A stretch of 64,000 bases of DNA, taken from Candidatus Zipacnadia bacterium. Lineage in GTDB: Bacteria > Armatimonadota > Zipacnadia > Zipacnadales > UBA5352. The stretch covers positions 4,161 through 68,160 of the forward strand of contig JALGVA010000003.1 in assembly GCA_029820295.1 (NCBI GenBank), written 5' to 3'. Positions 48,515-59,256 of the stretch are shown here, piece by piece (within the stretch, counting starts at the first letter, position 1; each line of letters begins with the position of its first letter). Below the pieces are notes generated by a model. It saw nothing but the letters and a program-made list of their open reading frames with translations, did not search any database and had not been told where the DNA came from. The translations under genes were made by a program, and so were the position numbers.

Positions 48515-51500
48515 ATGGGACGGAGAGCCATGGTGGTGTTCGCGACGGCCGTGCTCGCATTCCTTGTAGCGGGTGCCACGCACGCGGCCGACCTGCGGCC
48601 GGAGATGCGCGATCACACGCCGGCTCCCTACGCCGACCCGGCCGACCTGCCCGAGGCGCTGCGCGACACGTACCTGCCTCAGGGCGCACTGGACGGGCTG
48701 ACCGAGGTATTCGCGTCTGAGGACGGCCCCGTGCGCTCGGTGCAGATCGCCTGGCTGAGCGGCGACCGCTACCTGTGGCGCGTGGAGCTGGCGCAGCCCC
48801 TGGCCGACGATCAGACCATGAACGTTTACATCGACGCCGACCGCAATCCCGCAACCGGGCGCAGCGATGCCAGCGGCGCGGACATCATGCTGCAGGCCTC
48901 CCTCGGCGGTGATCGCCGCTACGAGTGGATGGCGGACGGTGTCGGCGCGTCGGCGCGCGGCCTGCGCAGCGCGATCGACGGCGCGGTCGTGTGGCTCAGC
49001 TACGACCACGCCCTCGCCCCGGCCGAGGGCGGCGCGGCCTGCACCTTCTGGATCGGTGTGCCCGGCGGCGGTACCGACCAGATCGAGGCGCTCGTGCCGG
49101 GTACCGGGCCGCGGCCTCTGGCCAAGGGGGCGCTCGATGTGCGGGTGCAGGCCGACGATGCAGAGGGCGACGAGATGTCGGCCTCCGTCGAGATCACCAA
49201 CCCCGACGACAGCGACCGCTGGATCGACCTGCAGTTCCCGCTCGCGCTGCCCTGCGAGGGCGAATTCCAGTGGTTCGACGGCTTCAACTTCACGCCGCAC
49301 ACCATCGGCGTGGCGCCCATCCAGTACCACGCCACCTCCGCGGTGCTGCCGTTGACCTGCGCCTGGGACGGTGAGACGGGCATCGCCCTCGCGCTCAACC
49401 CGCTCGACTGGTACACGGAGCTGCACAGCACCGTCCGGCCCGCGGCCGATGGCGGCCACGAGATCACCATCGGCACGCGCCTGGCGATCGCGCCGGGTGA
49501 AACCGAACGCTTCACGGTCCTCGCCTTCCCCTTCGATGGTCGCCTCGGCTGGCGTGGGGCATTCGAGGCCTACTGGGCCATGTTCCCCGAGCTGTATGAC
49601 CGTCCGCGCGACATCGACCCGCGTTTCCACACGGCCTCGGCGGGCGGCCTCTATCGGTCCTGGACCGACCCGACCGACGACGACTTCGCCTCCGACCTGA
49701 TCCGGCGCATGCACGGGCACTGGGAGTGGGGCTACGCGCCCGCGCCGAGACCCGGCGAGTGGGCGGTCAGTGAGCTGTCGGTGGGCGAGTGGACGCGCAG
49801 CCGTGGCGAGGTGAAGAAGTCACTGAGCGCCGAGAGTCTGCCGGAGGTGCGCGAGCGCGTCCATCAGTGGGTGCGCACCGATGCGGAGCTGACGGACGTC
49901 GCCGTCGCCTACTACATGCACCTCAAGAACATCGAGAAAGGCTTGATGGAGCAGTACTGGTCGGACTCATACTTCCAAAACCAGCCCGTCGAGTACCACG
50001 GCTACTACCAGCAGGTCCCGTGCTGGTTCGCCTATCCGTGGGCGGACAGCTACGGCGATTACATCCGCGACGCCATTCCCGGCATCGTCGAGAACTTCGA
50101 GCCGGCCGGCATCGGCTTCGACTCGGTCTTCGGCTTCATCCCGCACTGGGGACCCAGCGCCGACCGCTCCCCCGGCACGACCTTCGACAACGGCCTGGCC
50201 TTCGTCGGCGAGGGCATCGGCTTCGCGAAGCAGATGGACGTGGTCCGCGGGCAGCACACCGGCGGCTACCGCACCGCGATGGTGACGAACCTCAAGCTCC
50301 CGACCATCTCCGCCGACGCCGTGCGCACCGACTGCGCGCTGCTCGAACACCATCCGATGAACAACCCGAGCTACCGCGAGCGCTTCCTGCGTCTGCGCAT
50401 GCTCTCGGGGCGCATCGGCTGGAACTGGTGGCACACCTACAATCCGGACCTGTACTCGTGGATCCCCTGGGAGCGACTGAACCGGCAGCAGACTATCGAC
50501 GCCTTCCGCCGCCTGCGCGATGACGTGCTCATCCACTCGCTCTACTACGGCGGCTACCCGAACGCGCGCTTCGCGGTCGGCGTCCCCAGGCTCATGCGCG
50601 CGCTGCCCATGCTCATCGAGATCGCAGATCTGGGCTGGGAGCCGGTCATCGGCGCCGAGCCGGCGGGCGGAGAGCTGCTCATCAGCCGCTTCGGCACCGG
50701 CCTGGGGATGGCGCTGGGCGTGGGCAACCAGACCTACGAGCCCATCGAGGACACCGTGGTGGTCGACCGCGAGCACACCGCGCAGGGGCAGGATGCCGTC
50801 TTCATGGAGTGGGATGGCGCTGAGACGGTGACTGACTCCGCCGACGGTCCTCGACTGAGCGTCGCCGTGCCACCGCGCGACGTGCGGGCCTTCCGCGCGG
50901 TGATGATCATGCCCGCCGGCACGGTAGAGCGCGCGACCGCGAGCGCCGACCTGCACGACTACGAGCCGTCCAGCATGACCATCGAGCTTGAGTGCGGCGC
51001 CGCCGCCCAGCCCTGGGTGACGCTGTGGCTGCCGCAGGGCACTATGCTGACCGGAGCGACGCTGAACGGGGCGCAGCTCGTCTGCGTGCAGACCAATCGC
51101 GAGCCGCCCCGAGCCGGGCTCAATCTGCAGGCGGGGTCGAATGTGCTGACCGTCTCCTGGGAACCGAGCGTGGCCCTCCAGGGGGATCGAGCCGCTCTGC
51201 TGAACTTCCCGTTCGTGGCCGACGGCGCGCCCAACTGCAACGTCGTGGCCGCGGGCGACACGCGCGACCTGGCCTTTCGCGTGCAGGAGTACTTCCGCGA
51301 GTACTACCGCCGGGCGGTGGACGAGCCGCAGACGGTACGGCTGCCTATCGTGACACCCGAGCAGGCACCCGACGGCCGGCGAGTGGTGGTCGCGCTGCTG
51401 GACGACCTGCCTGTGGACCTGCAGGTGGACCTCGGGGACTCCGCAGCGGCCTTCGGCTGCAGCGGAGACGTGGTCTATGCCACTGCGACGACCCCTGAGA

Positions 51501-51718
51501 GCCTGGCGCAGGCCGTCGAAGGCCTTCTGTTCACACTCGACGAACGCTACGAGTACTGGGGGCCGTACTTCCCGACGCAGAATTTCTTCGATGGCGACCC
51601 GGCGAACTCGCCCCAGGCACTGCAGGAGGCGGGCATGGCGGGGAAAACGCTCACGGGCGACGACACTGGCTCGCTGGGCGAAGTGATCGAGCTGCCCGAC
51701 CTGATCGTCTGGCCCTGA
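48515..51718 (+). CDS. Large secreted hypothetical protein (possible glycoside-hydrolase-like core)
   Basis: Signal peptide ending ATHA; aromatic-rich central domain; C-terminal alpha/beta domain resembling GH20/GH67 accessory domains. Confidence 0.7.
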   Translation: MGRRAMVVFATAVLAFLVAGATHAADLRPEMRDHTPAPYADPADLPEALRDTYLPQGALDGLTEVFASEDGPVRSVQIAWLSGDRYLWRVELAQPLADDQTMNVYIDADRNPATGRSDASGADIMLQASLGGDRRYEWMADGVGASARGLRSAIDGAVVWLSYDHALAPAEGGAACTFWIGVPGGGTDQIEALVPGTGPRPLAKGALDVRVQADDAEGDEMSASVEITNPDDSDRWIDLQFPLALPCEGEFQWFDGFNFTPHTIGVAPIQYHATSAVLPLTCAWDGETGIALALNPLDWYTELHSTVRPAADGGHEITIGTRLAIAPGETERFTVLAFPFDGRLGWRGAFEAYWAMFPELYDRPRDIDPRFHTASAGGLYRSWTDPTDDDFASDLIRRMHGHWEWGYAPAPRPGEWAVSELSVGEWTRSRGEVKKSLSAESLPEVRERVHQWVRTDAELTDVAVAYYMHLKNIEKGLMEQYWSDSYFQNQPVEYHGYYQQVPCWFAYPWADSYGDYIRDAIPGIVENFEPAGIGFDSVFGFIPHWGPSADRSPGTTFDNGLAFVGEGIGFAKQMDVVRGQHTGGYRTAMVTNLKLPTISADAVRTDCALLEHHPMNNPSYRERFLRLRMLSGRIGWNWWHTYNPDLYSWIPWERLNRQQTIDAFRRLRDDVLIHSLYYGGYPNARFAVGVPRLMRALPMLIEIADLGWEPVIGAEPAGGELLISRFGTGLGMALGVGNQTYEPIEDTVVVDREHTAQGQDAVFMEWDGAETVTDSADGPRLSVAVPPRDVRAFRAVMIMPAGTVERATASADLHDYEPSSMTIELECGAAAQPWVTLWLPQGTMLTGATLNGAQLVCVQTNREPPRAGLNLQAGSNVLTVSWEPSVALQGDRAALLNFPFVADGAPNCNVVAAGDTRDLAFRVQEYFREYYRRAVDEPQTVRLPIVTPEQAPDGRRVVVALLDDLPVDLQVDLGDSAAAFGCSGDVVYATATTPESLAQAVEGLLFTLDERYEYWGPYFPTQNFFDGDPANSPQALQEAGMAGKTLTGDDTGSLGEVIELPDLIVWP

Positions 51719-51766
51719 GCGGCCGGAGATGCGAACCGTCGCACGACGCGAACGGAGGCTGACGCG

Positions 51767-54700
51767 ATGACACGATACCTCGCACTGCTGGCGCTCATGG
51801 GGAGCGCGATGCTCATGACCGACGCACAGGCGCAGGAGCCGACCGACAATCTGTGGACGAACCCCTCGTTCGAGGAGGGTGTGACCGAGGCGGGACGCTA
51901 CAGCGTGCCCGTGGGCTGGACGCTCTACGCCGGCGAGGGCGAAGAGTCGAGGATGGAGCTGGTCGAGCCGGGCTACGAGAGCGACCACGCCCTGGCGATC
52001 GTTGACGGCGACCAGGTGACCGAGATCGGCATCTACCAGGAGGTCGAGGGCCCCGGCGGCATCGCCTACGAGGCGTCGGCGATGGTCAAGGCGCTCGAGG
52101 ATGGCGGCGGCGGCGGGGCCTACATCCAGCTTCGCTTCTCGCCCTCAGGCGAGTACGAGCAGGTCGGGCTCGGGGCGGCGGACACCGAGGATTGGCGGCG
52201 CATCTCGGTCGTAGGCCTCGCTCCCGAGGACACGACCAGCATCCGCGTCTATTACTACACCCACAAGGGCCCGACGCCGCGGTTCGCGATCGACGATGTC
52301 CGGCTCATCGGCGGCGTGCCACCACCACCGCCACCACCGCCGGACCCGGTGCCGCCGGTCTACGAGCAGCTCAAGGACCTGCACCTGCAGACCGAGCTGG
52401 TGCGGGGCGGGGAGGCGAAGGTGACCATCGTGGCGCCCGAGCGCTACCGGCCGCAATCGGAGGCCATCGCGCGGGCCATCGAGGCCATCACGGGCGTCCG
52501 GCCCGACATCGTGCGCGATGACGACGAGGTCGCGGCCGTCCCCGGCGACGAGGGGCACTTCGACCGCAACTTCATCTGCATCGGCAACCGCAATACGAAC
52601 GCCATGATCGAGGAGCTGTACAACCGCTTCTACACGCTGCTCGACCTCAAGTACCCGGGGCCGGGCGGGCACGTTGTGCGCACCTGCCACAACCCCTTCG
52701 GCGACGGCCACAACATCGTCTTCGTGGGCGGCAGCGATGACCTGGGCGTCGAGGCGGCTGCGCAGTGGCTGGTGGGCGCCCTCGGGGACGCGGGTGGCGG
52801 GCAGGGCGAGCTGACCATCGGCCGGCTGATGGAGATCGACACCGACCTCGAATTCCCGCACAACCCGGCTGAGATCGAGCACTGGGACGCCTCGCGCGGT
52901 TACCGCTCGGTGGGCTACTTCGGCTGGGTGTCGCACTCCAAGCACCTCGCCGCATACTACATGACCGGCGACGAGTTCCATGCGCGCGAGTTCATCCGCC
53001 TGGCCTTCCCCGATGCCGAAGCCAGGGCTCAGATCACCGAGATCGACGGCGAGCGCATCGAGAACAAGGACGACCCGCTCGCCGGACCGTACCACTACAA
53101 CGCCCACATGATGATCCTGTTCTGGGACCTGGTGGAGGAGAGCCCGGTCTTCACCGACGAGGAGCGCCTGGCGGTCACCAACGCGTTCTCGCGCCAGCTC
53201 GACTGGCGCAAGGGCGAGGGCATCTACCAGCTCACGAAGCCGCCCAGTTCGGTCGGCTCGCGCCACACGCAGTGGTCCGCGATCTCGCTCTACTGCCTGT
53301 CGCGCTATTTCGCCAGGGACTACGGCGACCAGGTCTGGCGCCAGGGGATGACCGGCGCGCGCATGGCCTTCAAGCCGCTGGAGAGCCACGCGTGGGTGCA
53401 CGGTGAGGCCGACAACCTGTTCTGGTACAACACCGGCCACGCGCCCATCCTCTCGTTCATGATGCTGTCGGGCTGGCGCGGCGCGCAGGAGAGCGGCGTG
53501 CTGGCGGAGCTGCTGCGCGGGCAGGAGATCCTGGCCACGGGTAAGGACAACGACTGGGAGCTGAACACCGCGGCCATCACCTTCCTGCACCAGGCCGCAT
53601 ACCTGACCGGCGACGGTCGCTGGCTGGAGTACCGCAACCGCACCGGCATCGACCTGACCGTGCCGCGCGTGGGGCAGTCGTTCTGGCCCGATCCGGAGCT
53701 GCAGCCCGCGCTGCCCATGGACATGGTCGGACACTGGAGCATCCACCCGATGCCCCGACCCATGTGGGCCGTCCGTGGTAACGGCTTCCCGCTCGACGAG
53801 TCCTTCCAGTTCGGCAGCTTCCGCTCAGCGCCGGACGCGAGCGGTGACTTCGTGCTGATCGACGGCTACAACGGCGCGTCGCGCAACCCCTATCACACCT
53901 TCGCTATCCTGGAGATGCGCCTGGGCGGCGCCACGCTGCTCAAGGGCTACCGCAATCAGGTGCTCACGCGCGTGGACGGCATGGTCGAGCCGCAGATCGC
54001 CATGGACGGCGCGCTGCGCGACCGTGACGTGGTGGGCGATGTCGCGAGCTGCGTGGGCGAGGTGCCGCGCGCGGCCTACTGCAACTGGCGGCGGACGCTG
54101 GCTCAGCGCGTGGGCAGGTATGCGCTGGTGGTTGACGAGCTGACCATGCGCGAGAGCAGCGATAACATCCAGGTGCAGATGCTGTGGGAGGTCCCGAGCG
54201 GGCAGTGGAGCAGCGACCTCGGCGGCATTGGGGTGAGCAGCGCGGCCGGGCCGTACACGCCCGTCGGGTGGGTGAGCCGCCGGGCGCTCGACAGCCCGCA
54301 CGAGAGCGAGCCATCCGGCGAGGAGTTCGTGGCCGAGCACGAGAGCCTGGGAGTGGTGCTGCTGCGCGCCACCGAGCCCGGGCAGTGGCTGGAGATGACC
54401 TTCTCGCTCGACGAGCCGCTGGAGGGCGAGATCTACGCCGACTTCCTGCAGTACGTGGACAGGGGCGTGTTCGCCATCTCGCTCGACGGCGAGCCCGTGG
54501 TCGAGCGCTGGGACTCATGGGCGCCGACGGCGCAGCCGGCGCGCGTGCCGCTGGGGCGACATCAACTGGCGGCGGGCGAGCATCGCCTCCGCGTCGAGGT
54601 GGTGGAGCGCGGTCGGAGCGGCGGGACCTCCTATGTCGCGCTCTCCGGCATCAGCATCAAGCCCGACGAGGCCCCCGAGGCGGAGGAAGTGGGCGTCAAC

Positions 54701-56506
54701 TACGCCATCCTGCCCAGCGACCCCGTCCGCGCCCAGCAGGAGGGGCGCGTGCATACGCTGGAGTGGGTCGGGCCGGGGCAGGAGGGCGAGCGCCTGACCT
54801 TCTTCTCGCTGGTGGGCGCCGAGCCGGTCCCGTCGGATAATCACCTGGCGTGCCTGCGCATCGCCGACAATGCCGCCGCGCTGGGTCTGCCTCAGCCGGC
54901 GGTAGCCGTCGCCGGCGAATATGAGGGCACCAACGCGGCGCTGGCGATCATCGCCGGCGATCACCTCTACGCCCGGGACGCGACGGCGGTGGTGGCCGAC
55001 GCACCGCTGCTGGAGGCGGGCGAGCCCGTGAAGGTGATGTGGGACTACGCGGCGGGCACGGTGGCGGTGCACGCCGCCGCCGACACGACCCTGGCGATCC
55101 GGGCCGCGGAGGGCGGGGTGACGCTGGACGGACAGCCCACCGCGTGCGAGGTCCTCGACGGCGGCCTGATGGCGCTCACGGTGCCCGCCGGCGAGCACGA
55201 GATATCGGGCGCGCAGCCCGCGGAGGAGATGCTCGCCGCGCTGCCGCAGTGGCTGGATGATCAGCGCGCGACCGGCGAGCAGATGCGCGCAGCCGCCGCG
55301 GCCCAGGAGCCGCCGGGCACGCTGCCGGATGTCCCGGAGTTGCCGCTGGCGATGAGTGCGCAGGTCGGCGAGGGGGTGCGCGAGGTCATCGCCATCCCCG
55401 ACGGCGCGGGCGGGCAGCTCGCATGCGCCGCCGGCGGCAAGACCATCAGCTTCATCGCGCCCGACGGCACCATCGTCGCCACCGCGCAGACCGACGGCGA
55501 CATCCGCGACGTCCAGTGGTGGGATGAGCACGAGCTGCTGATCGCGGGCTGCGCGGACGAGCAGGTCATCGCCTTCAACCGCGCCGGGGAGCGGCAGTGG
55601 GTGTTCGTCTCGGAGATGGACCCGGCGGTGTTCCGCGCGGCCAAGGACTACTGGTTCAAGTCGGCACCTTCGCACGCGGGGATCTGGGGCGTCTACACGG
55701 GCGTGTTCCTCGACGGGGAGAGCCAGTGCTTCGTGGGCAGCGCGTGCACGCTGGAGATCATTGACGAGAACGGTCAGCTCGTCCACCGCATGCCGCAGTT
55801 CTGGGGCGACCCGCACGTGTTCCAGATCATCGACGGGCCCGGCGAGAGCCTGAACCTGCTGGCGGCGCGGCGGATCAACGGCACCCATCGCGTCGGCATC
55901 GTGAACAACGAGACCCTCGACCCCGGGCAGCGCGGCTTCAACGCCGTGCCGGCCGGGCACACCTACGTGGGCGGCTGGTCCTCGCTCAACCGTTACCACC
56001 TGCTCTACGAGGACCTTGACGGCGACGGCACACGCGAGGTCATCAGCGAGATCAACGGCTCGTGGAACCGCGTAACCGTGTGGGACGCCTCGGGCTCGCC
56101 GCTCTATGACGCGAGCTTCGGCCCGGGCGTGAGAGCCCCCACGCGCAACATGCGCGACCTGGTGGTGGCCGATCTCGACGCCGACGGGACCATGGAGGTC
56201 GTGACCGCGACCTCCAGCGGACTGGTGGTGGCCCTCGACCACGAGCTGAACAAGGAGTGGGCGCGGTCGATGCCCAGCCCGCCGAACGTCATGGCCGCCG
56301 TGCCCGCCGACGATGAGCAGTGGCTGGTGGTCGGCTGCGGCGACGGCACACTCGTCGCCCTGGACGCGCGCGGCGAGGTGGTGCGCGCCGGCACGATCGA
56401 GGGCATGCCGGGCGATCTGGGCATGGCAGTGCTGGAGACACCGGATGGCCCGGCGCTGGTGGTGGGCACGCGCGCCGGGGCCGTTGCCGCGTTCCGACCT
56501 GAGTAG
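51767..56506 (+). CDS. Giant secreted multidomain protein (CBM-like, poly-Pro linker, helical core, second beta-sandwich, FG-GAP/PQQ-like propeller)
   Basis: Signal peptide, NPSFEEG CBM-like start, PPPPPPP linker, DLDGDG and DLDADG repeats. Confidence 0.75.
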   Translation: MTRYLALLALMGSAMLMTDAQAQEPTDNLWTNPSFEEGVTEAGRYSVPVGWTLYAGEGEESRMELVEPGYESDHALAIVDGDQVTEIGIYQEVEGPGGIAYEASAMVKALEDGGGGGAYIQLRFSPSGEYEQVGLGAADTEDWRRISVVGLAPEDTTSIRVYYYTHKGPTPRFAIDDVRLIGGVPPPPPPPPDPVPPVYEQLKDLHLQTELVRGGEAKVTIVAPERYRPQSEAIARAIEAITGVRPDIVRDDDEVAAVPGDEGHFDRNFICIGNRNTNAMIEELYNRFYTLLDLKYPGPGGHVVRTCHNPFGDGHNIVFVGGSDDLGVEAAAQWLVGALGDAGGGQGELTIGRLMEIDTDLEFPHNPAEIEHWDASRGYRSVGYFGWVSHSKHLAAYYMTGDEFHAREFIRLAFPDAEARAQITEIDGERIENKDDPLAGPYHYNAHMMILFWDLVEESPVFTDEERLAVTNAFSRQLDWRKGEGIYQLTKPPSSVGSRHTQWSAISLYCLSRYFARDYGDQVWRQGMTGARMAFKPLESHAWVHGEADNLFWYNTGHAPILSFMMLSGWRGAQESGVLAELLRGQEILATGKDNDWELNTAAITFLHQAAYLTGDGRWLEYRNRTGIDLTVPRVGQSFWPDPELQPALPMDMVGHWSIHPMPRPMWAVRGNGFPLDESFQFGSFRSAPDASGDFVLIDGYNGASRNPYHTFAILEMRLGGATLLKGYRNQVLTRVDGMVEPQIAMDGALRDRDVVGDVASCVGEVPRAAYCNWRRTLAQRVGRYALVVDELTMRESSDNIQVQMLWEVPSGQWSSDLGGIGVSSAAGPYTPVGWVSRRALDSPHESEPSGEEFVAEHESLGVVLLRATEPGQWLEMTFSLDEPLEGEIYADFLQYVDRGVFAISLDGEPVVERWDSWAPTAQPARVPLGRHQLAAGEHRLRVEVVERGRSGGTSYVALSGISIKPDEAPEAEEVGVNYAILPSDPVRAQQEGRVHTLEWVGPGQEGERLTFFSLVGAEPVPSDNHLACLRIADNAAALGLPQPAVAVAGEYEGTNAALAIIAGDHLYARDATAVVADAPLLEAGEPVKVMWDYAAGTVAVHAAADTTLAIRAAEGGVTLDGQPTACEVLDGGLMALTVPAGEHEISGAQPAEEMLAALPQWLDDQRATGEQMRAAAAAQEPPGTLPDVPELPLAMSAQVGEGVREVIAIPDGAGGQLACAAGGKTISFIAPDGTIVATAQTDGDIRDVQWWDEHELLIAGCADEQVIAFNRAGERQWVFVSEMDPAVFRAAKDYWFKSAPSHAGIWGVYTGVFLDGESQCFVGSACTLEIIDENGQLVHRMPQFWGDPHVFQIIDGPGESLNLLAARRINGTHRVGIVNNETLDPGQRGFNAVPAGHTYVGGWSSLNRYHLLYEDLDGDGTREVISEINGSWNRVTVWDASGSPLYDASFGPGVRAPTRNMRDLVVADLDADGTMEVVTATSSGLVVALDHELNKEWARSMPSPPNVMAAVPADDEQWLVVGCGDGTLVALDARGEVVRAGTIEGMPGDLGMAVLETPDGPALVVGTRAGAVAAFRPE

Positions 56507-56518
56507 GCCGGTGGGACG

Positions 56519-57160
56519 ATGGCCGAAGACGACGAGCCCGTGATCCGGCAGGCGGGAGCGCAGGAGATGGCCGACGTGGCCGAGATCTACCTGGCGGCCT
56601 TCCCGGACTCCTTGCGCGACCTCGGGCTCGAAGGCATCCGGCCGGCGGCGGTGGACGACATCATGGCCATCTGCCTCGACGCCGAGCCCGGGGGCTTCCT
56701 GATCGCCGAGGTCGATGGCCGGCCGGCGGGCTACGCGATCTGCCCATCCGACGCCGGCCGCATCCGGCGCGCCGGACTGCGGCACCTGCCCACCATCGCC
56801 TGGCGGTGGCTCACCGGGCAGTACGGCGTGGGCCTGCGCGTGGCGCTGCGGCTGGCGCGCGAGAAGCTCATGTTCTGGCGGCACGCCGACCTGCCGGGCG
56901 CCGACTGCCCCGCGCGCATTCTGTCACTCGCGGTGCACCCGCGCGGGCAGGGCCACGGGCTGGGTAAGGCGCTGATGGCGGCGGCGCTGGACTACCTCCG
57001 GGCCCGGGGCGCAACCTGCGTGCGCCTGGAGGTGCGGCCGGGTAACCCCGCGGCGCGACACATCTACGAGAAGATGGGCTTCCGCGATATCGGCCAGGTG
57101 CACGACACGCGCGGGCCGTGGGACGTGATGATGCTGGAGCTGGGATCGCCCGATGGCTGA
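56519..57160 (+). CDS. GNAT family acetyltransferase
   Basis: LAVHPRGQGHGLGKAL, LEVRPGNPAARHIYEKMGF. Confidence 0.88.
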   Translation: MAEDDEPVIRQAGAQEMADVAEIYLAAFPDSLRDLGLEGIRPAAVDDIMAICLDAEPGGFLIAEVDGRPAGYAICPSDAGRIRRAGLRHLPTIAWRWLTGQYGVGLRVALRLAREKLMFWRHADLPGADCPARILSLAVHPRGQGHGLGKALMAAALDYLRARGATCVRLEVRPGNPAARHIYEKMGFRDIGQVHDTRGPWDVMMLELGSPDG

Positions 57161-57809
57161 GGCCCTCCTGATCTGGATCCGCGACCACGGTGCCATCGGC
57201 GTGGCGGTCTTCCTCGCGGTGGAGAACCTCGGCGTGCCGTGGCCGACCACCCTCGCCTACATCGTCGCCATCGAGCTGGTGCGGGTCGGGGAGCTGACCT
57301 GGCTGGGGGCGCTGGCGGTGTGCACGGTCGGCCACCTGATCGGCGCCATCGCCGCCTACGGCCTGGGCCGCGGCGGCGACAATATCGTGCTGCGCTACGC
57401 CCAGAAGGGGGGCCGGCTCGACCGCACGATGGCCTGGCTCGACCAGTGGTTCGCCCGTCACGGCATCCTGACTATCCTGGTGGCGCGCCTGGTGGGCTAT
57501 GTGCGCCCGTGGGCGTCGATCGCCGCCGGCCTGGGCGACGTTCGCTTCTGGCCCTTCGTGCTGTGGACCACCGTCGGCACCGTCGCGCATGTCGCGCTGG
57601 CGCTGTGGCTGGCGCACGTGGGCTTCTGGTTCTGGGACGCCTACCCCCGTCTGCGCATCGCCCTGGTCGTCGTCGTCGCGCTCATATTCTGGGGCGCCTT
57701 CCTGTACGCAGTGATCCTCTCGGCCGTCCAGCGCCGCCGCGGCAAGCAGGAAGCGCCGGAGCCCGAGGCGACCGTGGAGGGAGCGGCCGACACAAGCGAG
57801 GGCGGGTGA
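57153..57809 (+). CDS. DedA family membrane protein
   Basis: ENLGVPWP, AYGLGR, ARLVGYVR...AG motifs. Confidence 0.85.
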   Translation: MAEALLIWIRDHGAIGVAVFLAVENLGVPWPTTLAYIVAIELVRVGELTWLGALAVCTVGHLIGAIAAYGLGRGGDNIVLRYAQKGGRLDRTMAWLDQWFARHGILTILVARLVGYVRPWASIAAGLGDVRFWPFVLWTTVGTVAHVALALWLAHVGFWFWDAYPRLRIALVVVVALIFWGAFLYAVILSAVQRRRGKQEAPEPEATVEGAADTSEGG

Positions 57810-57855
57810 GATGCAGCGACTGCGGATGGACGGCTGTTGTTGTGACCTGATGCGG

Positions 57856-58611
57856 CTACACCTGGCCGGTGGGCAGGTTCGCCTCCCGCCAGAACTCGGA
57901 CCCGCGCGCGATCTGGGTCGCGCGGAAGAGGCTTTCGGGAGTGCCCGCGTCCGACCACTCGCAGTCGAGCACCTCGGCGGTCAGCTCCCCGGCCTCGCGG
58001 TAGGCGTTGTTCACGTCGGTGATCTCAAGCTGCCCGCGGTCGGAGGGTACCAGCGTCGGCAGGATCTCCCATAGCCGCCGGTCGTACATGTAGACCCCGA
58101 CCACCGCCAGGTTCGACCTCGGCTCCGCGGGCTTCTCCTCGATCGACAGCACGCGCCCGGCCTCGTCGATCTCCGCCACCCCGAAGCGCTCCGGATCGTC
58201 CACTTCGCGCAGCAGGATCTTCGCCCCCGACGGCTGCTCGGCGAAGGCGCCGACATGCGTTCGGATGCTTCCGCCCAGCACGTTGTCGCCCAGCATCACC
58301 ACCACGCGGTCATCGCCCACGAACGGACGGGCCAGCCGCAGGGCGTCGGCGATGCCGCCGGCGCCGCGCTGGTAGGTGAAGGCGAGGTAGTCGAGGCCGA
58401 ACTCGGAGCCGTCGTGCAGCAGCTCGAGGAAGTCGCCGGGCGAATTGCCGCCGGTCACGATCATGATGTCGCGGATGCCCGCCTCGACGAGGTTGTGGAG
58501 CGGGTAGTAGACCATGGGGAAGCGCCCGACGGGCAGCAGGTGCTTGTTGGTGACGCGCGTCATGGGCAGCAGACGCGTGCCCAGACCTCCGACCAGGATG
58601 ACACCCTTCAC
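57856..58611 (-). CDS. Sugar-1-phosphate nucleotidyltransferase (RmlA/SpsI-like)
   Basis: GGLGTRL, NKHLLPV, LGDN, EEKP, LEITD, WSDAGT. Confidence 0.88.
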   Translation of the reverse strand: MKGVILVGGLGTRLLPMTRVTNKHLLPVGRFPMVYYPLHNLVEAGIRDIMIVTGGNSPGDFLELLHDGSEFGLDYLAFTYQRGAGGIADALRLARPFVGDDRVVVMLGDNVLGGSIRTHVGAFAEQPSGAKILLREVDDPERFGVAEIDEAGRVLSIEEKPAEPRSNLAVVGVYMYDRRLWEILPTLVPSDRGQLEITDVNNAYREAGELTAEVLDCEWSDAGTPESLFRATQIARGSEFWREANLPTGQV

Positions 58612-58625
58612 CGCGGGACCTCCGG

Positions 58626-59210
58626 TCAGTCGTCGATCATCCCCAGGAACATCTCCTGCACGCGACGGTCGTCGGTCAGCTCCGGATGGAAGGCGCTGGC
58701 GAGCAGCTTGCCCTGTCGGCACAGTACGATCTTGCCCTCAACTTCGGCCAGCACCTCGACGCCGCACGCCTCGCAGACCTCGCGCACATAGGGTGCCCGG
58801 ATGAACACCGCGCGTACCGGGCCGCCGTCGATGCCCTTGACCGGCAGATCGGCCTCGAAGCTGTCCACCTGGCGGCCGAAGGCGTTGCGCTGCACCGTGA
58901 TGTCCATCAGCCCCAGGCGCCACTGATCGCTGTCAACGATGTGCTTCGCCAGTATGATCATGCCCGCGCAGGTGCCCCAGAGGGGCTTGCCCTGCGCGTG
59001 CATCTCGCGCACCGGCACGTCCAGCTCGAAGCGCTCCATCAGCTTGCCGATGGTCGTGCTCTCTCCCCCCGGGATGACCAGGGCGTCGCAGGCGGCGATC
59101 TGCTGGCTGGTCTTCACCGGCCGTGCCTCGACGCCCTCTATCTCATTGAGGGTCTCGATGTGCTCCTTGAAGTCGCCCTGCACGGCAAGCACGCCGACGA
59201 TCTTCGGCAT
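58626..59210 (-). CDS. pdxT: Pyridoxal 5'-phosphate synthase glutaminase subunit
   Basis: QGDFKEH, PGGEST, GTCAGMI, RNAFGRQVDSFE, FIRAP, FHPE. Confidence 0.95.
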   Translation of the reverse strand: MPKIVGVLAVQGDFKEHIETLNEIEGVEARPVKTSQQIAACDALVIPGGESTTIGKLMERFELDVPVREMHAQGKPLWGTCAGMIILAKHIVDSDQWRLGLMDITVQRNAFGRQVDSFEADLPVKGIDGGPVRAVFIRAPYVREVCEACGVEVLAEVEGKIVLCRQGKLLASAFHPELTDDRRVQEMFLGMIDD

Positions 59211-59256
59211 CGTGGGTCTCCGTTCACTGCTCAGCATGGATGTCGCAACGAGGGGC

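Noticed and set aside
52318..52342. CCA/CCG tandem repeat
   Set aside because: Simply encodes the poly-proline linker of the large protein.
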